This document shows, piece after piece, positions 17,862 through 27,071 of a stretch of DNA of 64,000 nucleotides. Under the pieces are notes generated by a model. It saw nothing but the letters and a program-made list of their open reading frames with translations. It made no database searches and had not been told where the DNA came from. The position numbers were made by a program, and so were the translations under genes. Origin of the DNA: a virus (taxonomy: Duplodnaviria; Caudoviricetes); the IMG/VR virus record IMGVR_UViG_3300021086_000004, positions 26,732 to 90,731 of that record. The stretch is one strand, 5' to 3'. Positions within the stretch are counted from its first letter, which is position 1; every line of letters begins with the position of its first letter.

Positions 17862-18493
17862 CAGTCCGGCGCCTCGGGGTCGAGCCGTTCCGACCGCGCC
17901 AACTGCGCGCACACCTCCCGGAGTTCGGCGGCGGTCGCGAACGCCGTACCGGTCCGCAGCCCCATCCACCGGCCCCGCGCCTGCGCCCGCCGCGACGGGC
18001 GCCCGCCGAGTTCCTCCGGCTCATCATCCGCGGCCAGCCGGAACATGCCGCCGGTGTTCCCTGCCATCACCGCCCACCTCATGAACGGCGCCTCGAATAC
18101 GTCCACGGTGACCGCGGCTGTCCCGCCGGGTTCTTCGATGTCGCGGGTCCACTGGGCGACGTCGTCTTCGGGAGACCGGTACAGCCGCAGGCCGCGGCCG
18201 GCGGGGCGAGTGAGGACGACGTGGGCTTCCCGGTCCAGGTAGACCCGGTCGGGGGTGAGCGCCTTCACGGCGCGGACGAATCCGGTGATGGCGCGGCGGA
18301 GATCCCGGAGGCGTCGGCGTTCGCGGATGGCGGCGGCGAGGACGGCGAGCAGGACCGCGGCCTGCACCGCGCCGAACGCCAGCGGGGCCGAGCCGAGGGC
18401 GACCTGTGCGACGGCCATGGCCGTGCATGCGGCCACGATTCCCGTGCTGGCGCCGTCGGTGAACAGGAGCCGCAGGTACAGGGGGATCTTCAT
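17861..18493 (-). CDS. Membrane protein (2 N-terminal TM)
   Basis: AAAGG RBS; hydrophobic N-terminus. Confidence 0.7.
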   Translation of the reverse strand: MKIPLYLRLLFTDGASTGIVAACTAMAVAQVALGSAPLAFGAVQAAVLLAVLAAAIRERRRLRDLRRAITGFVRAVKALTPDRVYLDREAHVVLTRPAGRGLRLYRSPEDDVAQWTRDIEEPGGTAAVTVDVFEAPFMRWAVMAGNTGGMFRLAADDEPEELGGRPSRRAQARGRWMGLRTGTAFATAAELREVCAQLARSERLDPEAPD

Positions 18494-18527
18494 GGCGGCC
18501 TTTCGTGGTCGCGGGTGGCGTGGCGCA

Positions 18528-19178
18528 TCACTCGGCCCAGGTAGTCGTCTCGATGGCGGTGCCGTCTGCTGCGATCCCTGCTGACTGGCCGGTGACGACG
18601 TGCGGGCCGTGGATCTCTACCGGCGGAACCCGGAGCCGGGCGAGTTGTCCGGCGGCGTGCCGCCAGCAGGTCTCGGCCACAGTGGCGTCGTACAACGGGT
18701 TGTGCGGAGACATCTCCTCGTAGGCCCCGGCCATGCGGAGGCCGTGGGCGGTGCGGTACCCGTCGACGGACAGCGGATCGGCGCCGACGGCGTAGAGCAG
18801 CGTGGCGAGGTCGTGGAGGGGGAACGGGCCGGAGAACGGGTCACGGCCGAGGACGTGGACCATGTCGGCGAACAGCCGCGCCTCGACCGGCGCGGCTACG
18901 TGGGCGATGACCAGCGGGTTGCCGTCCTGCTGGTCGTCGTACCAGCCGGCGAACTGGGCGAGCATGGTCGGGTAGTCGTGGCCGGTCCCCCGGTACGGCA
19001 CGGGTGTGCCGAGGACGGGTATGACGTTGGCGGCGACCCAGGGGTCTACGGGGCCGTCGATGATGCAGGCGTCTTCGAACAGTGCGTGGACGCCGTCGTC
19101 GTGGGTGACGATGGCGCCGATGGCGAAGGGTTGGCCGTGGAGCCCGTTCGACTCGACGTCGACGGAGAGGATCTTCAC
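18528..19178 (-). CDS. DEDDh-family 3'-5' exonuclease
   Basis: ExoI SVDVESNG, HDLATL, ExoIII HNPLYDA. Confidence 0.8.
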   Translation of the reverse strand: MKILSVDVESNGLHGQPFAIGAIVTHDDGVHALFEDACIIDGPVDPWVAANVIPVLGTPVPYRGTGHDYPTMLAQFAGWYDDQQDGNPLVIAHVAAPVEARLFADMVHVLGRDPFSGPFPLHDLATLLYAVGADPLSVDGYRTAHGLRMAGAYEEMSPHNPLYDATVAETCWRHAAGQLARLRVPPVEIHGPHVVTGQSAGIAADGTAIETTTWAE

Positions 19179-19576
19179 GCGGTCTCCTGGGTCAGGTTGT
19201 CGGCTGGCTGGTTCTGGTCGGGACGGCAGTACGTGCACAGGTCGACCTCGCCGTGATGTCGGACGGTGGCGTCGACGGTGCCACAGGCCATGCACGCGAG
19301 GTGCCCTTGCGCCGAGCCGCGCGCCGGGTCGGGCGCCTTGGCGTTCCACAGTGGGCAGGTGACTGGGTGGGCGACGTGGGCTGGGGCGTCGGCCCAGTCC
19401 GACCACGGCTCACCCCTCGCGAGCAGTTCCCAGCGTTGCCAGGCGCGGCCGGCGATCGGGATCCACTGCCCGGCGGGGTCGGGGGTCGGGTTGAGCGGGA
19501 GGTTCTTGCGTCGGGCGGTGGTGGCGTAGAGGACGGCCCTGCCGCAGCCGGCGGGGCAGCGTGCGGTGCCGGTCAC
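19175..19576 (-). CDS. Cys/His-rich hypothetical protein
   Basis: CPAGC, H..TC, CMAC, CTYC; coupled. Confidence 0.65.
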   Translation of the reverse strand: MTGTARCPAGCGRAVLYATTARRKNLPLNPTPDPAGQWIPIAGRAWQRWELLARGEPWSDWADAPAHVAHPVTCPLWNAKAPDPARGSAQGHLACMACGTVDATVRHHGEVDLCTYCRPDQNQPADNLTQETA

Positions 19577-19647
19577 GGCTTGCCGTCCTGGTCGGCCGGC
19601 TCGTCGTCGTCCCAGTCGTCCTCGTACCCGCCGTCCGGCTCGGTCAC
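19573..19647 (-). CDS. 24-aa acidic peptide
   Basis: MTEPDGGYEDDWDDDEPADQDGKP; GTGA overlaps on both sides. Confidence 0.45.
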   Translation of the reverse strand: MTEPDGGYEDDWDDDEPADQDGKP

Positions 19648-21113
19648 GGCACCGCCTCCCACAGCCGGGTCCGCCAGTCGATGTCGAGCATCTCCCCGGC
19701 GACGGCTGCGGCGAGCGGCGGCGGGACGCAGTTCCCGACCTGGCCGAACCGGGAGGTGCGGTTGCCCTGCCACGGGTAGTCGGCCGGGAAGCCTTGGAGG
19801 ACGCCGGCCTGCGGTACGCCGACGCGGACGGTGTGCTCGTCGTACTGGCGTTGCCCGCCTTCGCGGTCGCGGTGGCCGGGGCCTGCGAGTCTCGGGTCGC
19901 CGCACACGGCGGTGGCGGGGCGTTCGGCAGGCCAATCGTTGCGGTGCTGCCAGCGCATGTCGGAGTGGCCGAATGCGACGGTCATCGCGGGCTGGTCGGG
20001 GGTGCGGGGCCGTGTGCGGTCGTTGACCTTGGCCCGGCCGGATGGGACCAGTTCCCATCCGGCCGGGCCAAGGTCGGACTCCAACTGCCACGACCAACTG
20101 CGGCCCTGCCCGGACACGGTCGGGGCGGGACCGGCCATGTCCCGACGTTGGTAGTCGGCGGTGCCGCCGGAGACTTGGTTGGTCTGCAGGGTCCATCCGG
20201 TGCTGTACGAGGTCTTCCCGGCGCCGTACGCCCAGCGTGGGCCGCGGTCGCCGCAGACAGTGCGGCTGGGCCGGTCAGCATCGATGGCCAGCGCGTCGGC
20301 CATGGACACCCACGGCAGCAGCCCGCGGTCGGCGGGGTGGACGGCACGTTCCCGGGCCGGCTCGACGAACAGCCCATCTGCGGCCGGCTCATCCGCGCGG
20401 CGGGCGGGGACGTACCGGGCGTGCGACGGTGCCGGCAGCCGGGCCGGCCGGCCGTCGTTCCGTGCGGCGAGGAACGCCCGCAACCGGGTCTGCGGGACGC
20501 CGAAGCATTCGGAGCTGAGCAGGCCGGCGGTGGCGGACCAGCCTGCGCGGCGCAGGCATCGGGCGTACTCGGCCCACAGCGGCAGCGCGGCGGGAACCTG
20601 CTCGCAGGCGAGCCACCGCAGCCCGGCGATGCCTTCGGCCCACCGGGCGGGTTCGAGAACGAGCGCCGCCTGCGCGGCGTCCGCGCGGGCGGCTGCTTCG
20701 ACCCGTGCCCGCGGCCACTGCTTGGCAGGTGGGCGGGTCTCGTTGCGGGCCTGCTGCGCCGCCAGGGCGGCGGGGTACACGTCGGCGCGGACCTGGCCGC
20801 GTACGTCCTCCCCGGCGAGCATTGGCGCGATGGCCGCGGTCAGGGTGTCCATGACGGCCAGTCCGAGCCGCTGCCCGGCGTTGGAGAACAGGGGGCAGGG
20901 TGGGGACATGACCGCGCCGTCTACGCGTCCGGCGAGGTGCGCGAGCGGGAACGCGGCGACGTCGGCCTGTACCCGGACGTGGCCTGCGGCTTGAGCGGTG
21001 CGGCAGGCGTCCCGGTCGAGATCGACACCGACCGCCGCCGTGTGGCCGAGCATCGCCATGCCCTGCGACCCGCCGCCAGGGCCGGCGAACCCTTCCAGGA
21101 CGAGACGGGTCAC
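19644..21113 (-). CDS. DNA (cytosine-5) methyltransferase
   Basis: Motif I FAGPGG, IV SPPC, VI EQV, VIII VPQTRLRAF, IX LQGFP, X GQVGNCVPP. Confidence 0.93.
   Translation of the reverse strand: MTRLVLEGFAGPGGGSQGMAMLGHTAAVGVDLDRDACRTAQAAGHVRVQADVAAFPLAHLAGRVDGAVMSPPCPLFSNAGQRLGLAVMDTLTAAIAPMLAGEDVRGQVRADVYPAALAAQQARNETRPPAKQWPRARVEAAARADAAQAALVLEPARWAEGIAGLRWLACEQVPAALPLWAEYARCLRRAGWSATAGLLSSECFGVPQTRLRAFLAARNDGRPARLPAPSHARYVPARRADEPAADGLFVEPARERAVHPADRGLLPWVSMADALAIDADRPSRTVCGDRGPRWAYGAGKTSYSTGWTLQTNQVSGGTADYQRRDMAGPAPTVSGQGRSWSWQLESDLGPAGWELVPSGRAKVNDRTRPRTPDQPAMTVAFGHSDMRWQHRNDWPAERPATAVCGDPRLAGPGHRDREGGQRQYDEHTVRVGVPQAGVLQGFPADYPWQGNRTSRFGQVGNCVPPPLAAAVAGEMLDIDWRTRLWEAVP
20025..20075. repeat. 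Perfect 23-bp inverted repeat with 5-nt loop inside the methyltransferase
   Basis: GACCTTGGCCCGGCCGGATGGGA-CCAGT-TCCCATCCGGCCGGGCCAAGGTC. Confidence 0.95.
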
Positions 21114-21499
21114 GGCGTGCTCCCCGCGCAGTACCGGCATGTGTCGGGCTGGCAGGTGCCGTCCATGTGGGACTGCTGGTCGGGGGTGCCGCCCCACGCG
21201 TTCCCCCGTGGCATGACGGACCGGCGGGCCACGAACCCGGGGTCGTCGGGCGGGTTGTCTGCGGCCACGTCGAGCAGGGCGGGCGTGTCGATGTCGGGCG
21301 CTGGGTCATCTCCCATCGCGGCGCGGATCACGGCGGGGTCGACGCTGAGGAACCCCAACGGCCGGCCTGTGCCGTCGCCGTGCAGGGCGACCTCGACCGC
21401 GACGTCGACCGCGGCCCGGTACGCCTCGGCCATGCCCAGGTTCAGTTCGGCCTGCAAGCCAGCGTGAGCCAGGTCCGCGTGGTCGTCCGGGCCGGTCAC
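21110..21499 (-). CDS. Hypothetical protein
   Basis: GTGA-coupled; C-terminal Cys cluster. Confidence 0.6.
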   Translation of the reverse strand: MTGPDDHADLAHAGLQAELNLGMAEAYRAAVDVAVEVALHGDGTGRPLGFLSVDPAVIRAAMGDDPAPDIDTPALLDVAADNPPDDPGFVARRSVMPRGNAWGGTPDQQSHMDGTCQPDTCRYCAGSTP

Positions 21500-21840
21500 G
21501 GCACCGCTCCCGGGTCGCCCGGGTGCGGCACGCGGCGGCCGAACCGCTCGCAGTACGCCCAGTACAGGGCGTCCCGCCGGTCCAGCCACCACCACGCACG
21601 GCGTAGCCGGGAGGCGGGCCGGGCAGGGTGGAGATCGGCGGCGCAGGCGTTACACAGGGCGCCTTCATCGAGCCGGACCCAGATGGCGAGGTCCGCCTTG
21701 CCGCACCTCGCGCAGTCGTGGAACACGAGACCGTTCGGCGCGTCGACCATGGTGATCGTGTCGGGCCGCGCGGCTCCTCCTCCATGGCCGGTCACGTACC
21801 AGCGGGGGCGCAGCCAGGACCGGCGCCACGTGTCGGTCAC
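21496..21840 (-). CDS. Hypothetical protein (CxxC..CxxC)
   Basis: GTGA-coupled. Confidence 0.6.
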   Translation of the reverse strand: MTDTWRRSWLRPRWYVTGHGGGAARPDTITMVDAPNGLVFHDCARCGKADLAIWVRLDEGALCNACAADLHPARPASRLRRAWWWLDRRDALYWAYCERFGRRVPHPGDPGAVP

Positions 21841-22049
21841 GGGGTTCCCTCCCTGCGGTACATGGCGTCGAGGTCGGGCATGCCGGCGCGCATCGCCTGC
21901 CAGCAGTCGTCGCACACGACGGCCGGGTCCGCGAGTTCGGCCGCCGTGAACCCGGCGGCTTCGGCTTCGGCCTGCGCGTCGTCGTCGGACCATCCCTGGT
22001 CGAACGTGCGGTGGCAGTTGTCGCAGGTGAACGTGCCGTGGGCAGTCAC
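21837..22049 (-). CDS. Small Zn-finger protein
   Basis: CDNC..CDDC; coupled. Confidence 0.65.
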   Translation of the reverse strand: MTAHGTFTCDNCHRTFDQGWSDDDAQAEAEAAGFTAAELADPAVVCDDCWQAMRAGMPDLDAMYRREGTP

Positions 22050-22210
22050 CGCGCGGTCCCGGCTGCGGTCAGGTCGAGCTGCATCTGACCGGTGCAGCGG
22101 TCGCGGTGCTCGTCGAACCCGGCGAGGTCTGGCCACGTCTCGTGGCAGCGCCGGCAGTGCGTCGCTGCGGTGCCGGTCCAGGTGGCGTCGCAACGGCGGC
22201 AGCGGGTCAC
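22046..22210 (-). CDS. FDXHR-type Zn-binding protein
   Basis: HCRRCHETW..GFDEHR. Confidence 0.65.
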   Translation of the reverse strand: MTRCRRCDATWTGTAATHCRRCHETWPDLAGFDEHRDRCTGQMQLDLTAAGTAR

Positions 22211-22437
22211 TTCACGGCCTCCGCCCGGACGATCCGCCGCGGCCCCGCCATCTCCAGGCGAACCACCTCGGCGTTGGCGAGCTTGACGAGGCTCAGCCGG
22301 GCGCGCCCGGCGGTGCACCCCGTCGCGCGGGCGGCCTGGCTGGCGACCGAGTAGCGGCCGGGGGTGAGCGGCCCGCGTTCACGGACGAACTCCAGAATGG
22401 CCCCGGGGTAGCCGCGGAACGTCACGTCGGCGGTCAC
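22207..22437 (-). CDS. Small winged-helix-like hypothetical protein
   Basis: GTGA-coupled; ILEFVRERGPLT..RLSLVKLA. Confidence 0.55.
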   Translation of the reverse strand: MTADVTFRGYPGAILEFVRERGPLTPGRYSVASQAARATGCTAGRARLSLVKLANAEVVRLEMAGPRRIVRAEAVK

Positions 22438-23048
22438 TGCTGGCGCTCCGCGTACGCGGCCAGGGCGGTCGCGCGGAGAGCTTCGGCTTCGGCCTCCTGC
22501 TGGTCGAACACGTCCTGCGGCAGGTCCACCCACCCGGACACGTGCATGAACAGCCGATCCCGGTCAACCGCCGGCTGGCCGTCCTCGTCGAGGATGGGTT
22601 CGTCGTCGGCGTCGATGATCTCGCAGCCGTAGAGCACGTTGTCCGGCGTGGTCACTTCCGGGTCGCCCACCGCGGCAGCCCCGGGGAGGGCCGCGACTCG
22701 CTCACGCCAGCCGTCGACAGCGATCTTGCGGAGGGCGGCGAGCATGACGGGGGACTCTGCGATGCCGTCTGGGACGCGACCGATGGTGGTCATCCGCTGG
22801 CGGGTGGTGGTCACGCTTGACTCCTTGAACGCCTGGCAGGACGTGAAGTTCGGGCACCCGTCGGACAGGCCCCACACCTTGTCGCCGTCCGGGTCGTACT
22901 TCCACGCCTTCATGTCGAGCCACCCGTGGCGGTGGTCAGTGGTGGTGAACTGGACGTCGTAGCCGGACGCTGAGGCGTGGTGGATGTCGAGGCCGGTGAT
23001 CCGGTGGAGCCGCCGGAGCCACTTCTCCCCGAGCCCGTCGCGGCTCAC
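22434..23048 (-). CDS. Hypothetical protein (possibly two fused genes)
   Basis: GTGA-coupled; internal GGAG-N6-GTG at VTTTRQR. Confidence 0.6.
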   Translation of the reverse strand: MSRDGLGEKWLRRLHRITGLDIHHASASGYDVQFTTTDHRHGWLDMKAWKYDPDGDKVWGLSDGCPNFTSCQAFKESSVTTTRQRMTTIGRVPDGIAESPVMLAALRKIAVDGWRERVAALPGAAAVGDPEVTTPDNVLYGCEIIDADDEPILDEDGQPAVDRDRLFMHVSGWVDLPQDVFDQQEAEAEALRATALAAYAERQQ

Positions 23049-23272
23049 GTCGGCTCCCGGAAGAGGCGCTTGGCGTGGCGTTCCGCCGGGGCGAGCCGGC
23101 GGCCGGTGGTCGCAGGAGGCGGGGAATGCCCGGCCGCGCGGACGTCGCGGAGGACGTCGATGGCGTCTTCGACGACGCGCCGCTGGGTGACGCGGAGGCG
23201 GTACGCCTCGGCGCGGACCCATTCGTAGCGGTCTTCGGTGAGCCGGATCATCGTCGGCACATCGTCGGTCAT
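23045..23272 (-). CDS. Ribbon-helix-helix DNA-binding protein
   Basis: TMIRLTEDRYEWVRAEAYRLRVTQRRVVEDAI. Confidence 0.7.
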   Translation of the reverse strand: MTDDVPTMIRLTEDRYEWVRAEAYRLRVTQRRVVEDAIDVLRDVRAAGHSPPPATTGRRLAPAERHAKRLFREPT

Positions 23273-23907
23273 CCCGCAATCCTGTCATCGGGATGCGCCC
23301 CTGGCAAGGCGCCACGCAGGTCCGCTAAAACCGCCGCGGCCCGCTCCGCCAGCGTGCCGCCGAGGAGCCGGTACGGCACCCGCCACGCGGCGAGCCGCTC
23401 CACGTACGCGGCGTGGATCCGCGCCCTGTCCGCCGTGTCCTCGGCCCGCACCGCGTCGGCGGCGTACGACACGTCGGCGGGGTCCAGCAGCCAGATCCGC
23501 CGGTACGCCGCCAGGTGGCCCTGGGCGCGGCGGTACAGGGCGTCGCCGCCGAGGCGGTCGCCGGTGGAGTGGACGTACACGGCGGCGCACAGCGGCGAGC
23601 GGTCGCAGACGACCGGCCCGGGCGCGGCTTCCTGTTCGCGGGCCAAGGCGAGGGTCTGGATGGCGGCCTGCGCGGGGAACCGGAACCGGTCACGTTCGGG
23701 GGTGGGGTGGGCGGCGAACCAGTCCCGGGCGGCCTCGGCGACGACGGTGACGTCGGGGCGGGTGGCTGCGATGGCGGCGGCCAGGGTGGTCTTCCCGACG
23801 CAGCCGGCGCCGAGCGCGCCCGCCAGGCCGGGGAGGATGCCGCGCCACCCGACGGCGTCGGGCGGCAGGTCTTCGGCCGGGTCCAACGCGGGCGGCACCG
23901 CGGTCAC
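23269..23907 (-). CDS. AAA_28 / NadR-like P-loop nucleotide kinase
   Basis: GAGCVGKTT, VVAEAARD, VVCDRSPL, YAADAVRAED. Confidence 0.85.
   Translation of the reverse strand: MTAVPPALDPAEDLPPDAVGWRGILPGLAGALGAGCVGKTTLAAAIAATRPDVTVVAEAARDWFAAHPTPERDRFRFPAQAAIQTLALAREQEAAPGPVVCDRSPLCAAVYVHSTGDRLGGDALYRRAQGHLAAYRRIWLLDPADVSYAADAVRAEDTADRARIHAAYVERLAAWRVPYRLLGGTLAERAAAVLADLRGALPGAHPDDRIAG
23279..23307 (-). promoter_or_regulatory. Leaderless sigma70-type promoter inside upstream gene
   Basis: TTGCCA-N17-(TGA)CAGGAT-N6-ATG(23272). Confidence 0.6.
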
Positions 23908-24191
23908 GGCGCGCCCTCCTGCCTAGCGGTCAGGGCCGGGTACCGCTGCGGCGTGCGCATGGCCGCCGCGACCGCCCCGGCCACCGCCTCCGAATCCAGC
24001 GCCGGGACGCAGCCCCGGGACGCTACGCCGGCACCGTAGGCGTAGCCGGCCAGGACCGCATCCCACACGAGGCGCCGCTCCCGCTGGGTCAGCGGCATCG
24101 CTGACAGGACGCCGAGCAGCGGGTCAGCCTTCTGTTTCTCGGCCAGCTCCTCGTAGTACCGCAGCAGGTCTTCCGGGCCGAGTGCGGTCAC
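23904..24191 (-). CDS. Hypothetical protein
   Basis: GTGA-coupled. Confidence 0.65.
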   Translation of the reverse strand: MTALGPEDLLRYYEELAEKQKADPLLGVLSAMPLTQRERRLVWDAVLAGYAYGAGVASRGCVPALDSEAVAGAVAAAMRTPQRYPALTARQEGAP

Positions 24192-24358
24192 CGCCGGTCC
24201 CGCCGGTCGTCCCGGCGGCCGAGGACGTCGGCGACCATCCGGTCATACGATGCGGCGGCTTCCCGGACGGCGGGGTCTTCGGCTTCGAGCCGGTCGAGGT
24301 CGGCCTGCAAGGCGGCCCACTCCTCGCGGGTCCACTCCTCGGGCGGGCGGCCGGTCAT
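24188..24358 (-). CDS. Hypothetical protein
   Basis: ATGA-coupled. Confidence 0.6.
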   Translation of the reverse strand: MTGRPPEEWTREEWAALQADLDRLEAEDPAVREAAASYDRMVADVLGRRDDRRDRR

Positions 24359-24870
24359 TGCCTTCGTCCTTCCCGCCACGACGCTGCCAGGCCGCGGAGC
24401 AGCGTCGCCCCGAAGTGGTCGAGGGAGACGCCGTCGGCGTGGTCACGTGCGATCCGGTCGAGCTCGGCAGCGATCGCGCGGGCGACCAGTCCGCCGGGGC
24501 GGAGGGCGGTGACGAGGGCGGCGCGCATGTCCGGGTCCTCCGTCGTGCCGCCGATCCGGTAGCCGGCATCGGAGGGCGCCTCAACGTCCTCTTCGGTGAT
24601 CCGGCCGTCCTGGTCGCCGCTCGCGTTCTCGTCGATCACCGCCGCCACGATCCGCGCCCGGTCAGCGCGAGCGGGGTGGGTCAGCAGGCTCGTGCATGCC
24701 GTCCCTGGCGTGGCGCCGCAGGCCGGGCACGGCACCCCGAGCGGGTCGACCGGTGTCGGCTGGCCGGCCTGGACTGCCGGTAACCTGGCCGGCCCGTAGC
24801 CGGGCAGGTACGCGGAGTGGTGCCCGCCGGGGCAGTCGTCCCCGACGTAGTGCGTCCGGTCGCGGGTCAT
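24355..24870 (-). CDS. Zn-finger hypothetical protein
   Basis: CPACGATPGTAC..HPAR; ATGA-coupled. Confidence 0.65.
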   Translation of the reverse strand: MTRDRTHYVGDDCPGGHHSAYLPGYGPARLPAVQAGQPTPVDPLGVPCPACGATPGTACTSLLTHPARADRARIVAAVIDENASGDQDGRITEEDVEAPSDAGYRIGGTTEDPDMRAALVTALRPGGLVARAIAAELDRIARDHADGVSLDHFGATLLRGLAASWREGRRQ

Positions 24871-25073
24871 GGCGCCAGCCAGGACGGCAGGCAGACGCAG
24901 CCGCCCCGCTCGTCGGCAGGGTGCGCGCAATCGCAGCCGCCAGCCATCGGCGGCCGGTCGACGCGGAGGCCGCAGCCGTAGCACCACCGCGCGGCCTCGC
25001 GTGCCGCCGCGTCGTGCGCGGCGTCGTCGGCCACGGCCCGCACGCGGGCTTCCACCGTCTCGGTCGGGGTCAT
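24867..25073 (-). CDS. Cys-rich hypothetical protein
   Basis: ATGA-coupled; CYGC, CDC, CVC. Confidence 0.55.
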   Translation of the reverse strand: MTPTETVEARVRAVADDAAHDAAAREAARWCYGCGLRVDRPPMAGGCDCAHPADERGGCVCLPSWLAP

Positions 25074-25546
25074 GTCGTCGCCTCCGTCGTGTCGTCCAAC
25101 TGGGCGCGTACTGCGGCCTCGGCCTCCGGCGGCAGGTCGAACACGCCCTGTAGTCCCCGCGCCGGAACCGGCTCGGGCAGCGGGCGGACGTTGTCGTACC
25201 GCCAGTGGGCCTGACCGGACACCGCCCACGGCGGGCAGGTGCACAGTCCGGTCTTGCTGCGGGAGCGGAGGCACACGGTGTGGAGGCGGACGACGGCGAC
25301 CACGACGCCGCGGGTCGCCTCCCACTCCGGCCACAGCGCGGGACGGCCGACGGACCACCGCTCGATGGTGCGGGTCACGAGCGGGTGGTCGAGCGCGTCC
25401 CGGTCCAGGGCGCGGCCTTCGATGATGGCGAGGTCCCCGCGCCACGGCGTCGCCCAGCCGCGGTTCTCGACTGTCTTCGCGCCGGGGTCGTGCGCGGCCT
25501 GGACGATGCACCACGACCACGGATTCTTGACCACGAGGGCCTTCAC
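25070..25546 (-). CDS. ASCH domain protein
   Basis: KALVVKNPWSWCI, KTVENRGWAT..RGDLAI, PVPARGLQGVF. Confidence 0.88.
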   Translation of the reverse strand: MKALVVKNPWSWCIVQAAHDPGAKTVENRGWATPWRGDLAIIEGRALDRDALDHPLVTRTIERWSVGRPALWPEWEATRGVVVAVVRLHTVCLRSRSKTGLCTCPPWAVSGQAHWRYDNVRPLPEPVPARGLQGVFDLPPEAEAAVRAQLDDTTEATT

Positions 25547-26361
25547 GAAGCGACCGCCTGACGGGCCGCGCGTGTCCTGCGATCCCCCTGGGTCCGGCAC
25601 TCCCCCGGGTGGTAGTGCCGCTGCCGGTACCGCCACGGCGCCTCCTCCGGGTCATACGGGATCGGCTGGGCGCACCACGCACAGTTCCGCGGCTCCGGCG
25701 TACCGGACCATGCCGGGTTCCGCCACCGCCGCACCACCCGAGTCGACACGCCGACGCGGGCGGCGATCCGCTCCGTCGACCAATTGGCGGCGGACGCCGC
25801 TGCGGCGAACGCGCGAGCGTCGACCTCGGCCAGCGGCCGCGGCCTGGGGTCGCTGCCGAACAGGCGGGCGACCGCGACCGGGTCCGGCTCATCCGGCCCG
25901 GCCGGCTCGGCGGACCACGGCACGGCCTCCGGGTCGTCGATGTCGTCGCCCCACGCGGCCGGCGGCTGGTAGCCGAGAGCCCGGGCGACAGCGGCGGTCT
26001 GCTTCGACGGCCCCGGCCAGTCGCACAACTCCGCGTACACCGCGGCGATCCGCGCGGCCGTGGCCCGCCGGACCATCGCCGGGTCGGCGAGCCTGTCCAG
26101 GCTGCGTCGGCACGTGAAGCCGGCCTTCGGCGCGATGACGGAGGAGGGCCACCCGGCCGCGTACAGGGCACGGAGCCGGCGACGGGTGCCGTCTGCTGGG
26201 ATGAGCCACTGTTCGCCGGTCAACTGGGCGAGTTTCCACTGCTTGGAGTAGCGGGTGCAGGCGCGGCGGGCGGCGGCGCAGGTGCATCCGTGGTGTTGGG
26301 ATGCGGCGCGGTCGCCGTGCCTGGTGGTGGAGGGGCAGCCGGGGTCCGGCTTGTCACTCAC
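25543..26361 (-). CDS. HTH DNA-binding phage protein (Zn cluster plus two HTH)
   Basis: HG..HGCTC, GTRRRLRALYAAGW, WSTERIAARVGVSTRVVRRW. Confidence 0.75.
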   Translation of the reverse strand: MSDKPDPGCPSTTRHGDRAASQHHGCTCAAARRACTRYSKQWKLAQLTGEQWLIPADGTRRRLRALYAAGWPSSVIAPKAGFTCRRSLDRLADPAMVRRATAARIAAVYAELCDWPGPSKQTAAVARALGYQPPAAWGDDIDDPEAVPWSAEPAGPDEPDPVAVARLFGSDPRPRPLAEVDARAFAAAASAANWSTERIAARVGVSTRVVRRWRNPAWSGTPEPRNCAWCAQPIPYDPEEAPWRYRQRHYHPGECRTQGDRRTRAARQAVAS

Positions 26362-26495
26362 GGTCGTGGTCCTTCCCGTCGGGCGTCTCGACGGGGGCGG
26401 CCTATGCTGGGCCGAGCGTCGGGACGCGACTCAGCCTCGCGTTCCACGTGGAGCCTCTCGGGTGTGGTCGCCCGGGGGGCTCGCTGTTTCGGATG

Positions 26496-27071
26496 CTACC
26501 GCCCGCCGGGCACCGCCGGGGTGGGCTCCGGATGGTTCACCGGGCCGTGTCCGCCGGAAGCGGCGTCAGCCCAGAGAGACAGTTGCCCGTAGGCGTAGGG
26601 AGGCTGGGCCTGCCTGGCTTCCGGCCAGCGTTCCGGGAGAAGTTGCAGGGCGACCAGGCCCCCGGCGGTCTCACCGACGTGGTCCCAGCCCGCACGGCGG
26701 TAGCAGCGCCCGGGGTCGCGTTTCCGGCGGGTCTTGGTCGGGTCGACGAACGTCACGATCCCCAGCGGCGGCGGCTCCCACCTCGCCCGGGTGGCGGCGA
26801 CTGCCGCGCGGATCAGGTCGGAGGACAGCAGCTCGCCCTCGTTGCGGAACAGGGAGCAGACCATCGCACCGGCCCACGCGTGCTGCACGTATTCGGCTAT
26901 CGGGTAGGAGGTGACCCACAGGGCGTCGGCCTGCTCAGTGAGGAGGACGAGGCAGCGGCCGGGTGGGACGAACTGCGGTGACCCGACCTTCTGCCGGTTG
27001 TAGTGCCGGTCCGCGAGTGGGAGCGCCCGGGGGTCGGCGCGGGTGGACCGGTGCCATGGCTGGCCGGTCAC
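26496..27071 (-). CDS. Mom-like / GNAT-fold putative DNA modification protein
   Basis: ADRHYNRQ..PPGRCLVL, CSLFRNEG, TFVD, GRCYRRAGWDHVGET; Mom-family link is from memory. Confidence 0.5.
   Translation of the reverse strand: MTGQPWHRSTRADPRALPLADRHYNRQKVGSPQFVPPGRCLVLLTEQADALWVTSYPIAEYVQHAWAGAMVCSLFRNEGELLSSDLIRAAVAATRARWEPPPLGIVTFVDPTKTRRKRDPGRCYRRAGWDHVGETAGGLVALQLLPERWPEARQAQPPYAYGQLSLWADAASGGHGPVNHPEPTPAVPGGR

Noticed and set aside
19566-21467. 633-aa plus-strand ORF
   Set aside because: Antisense to the C5 methyltransferase; no recognisable domain
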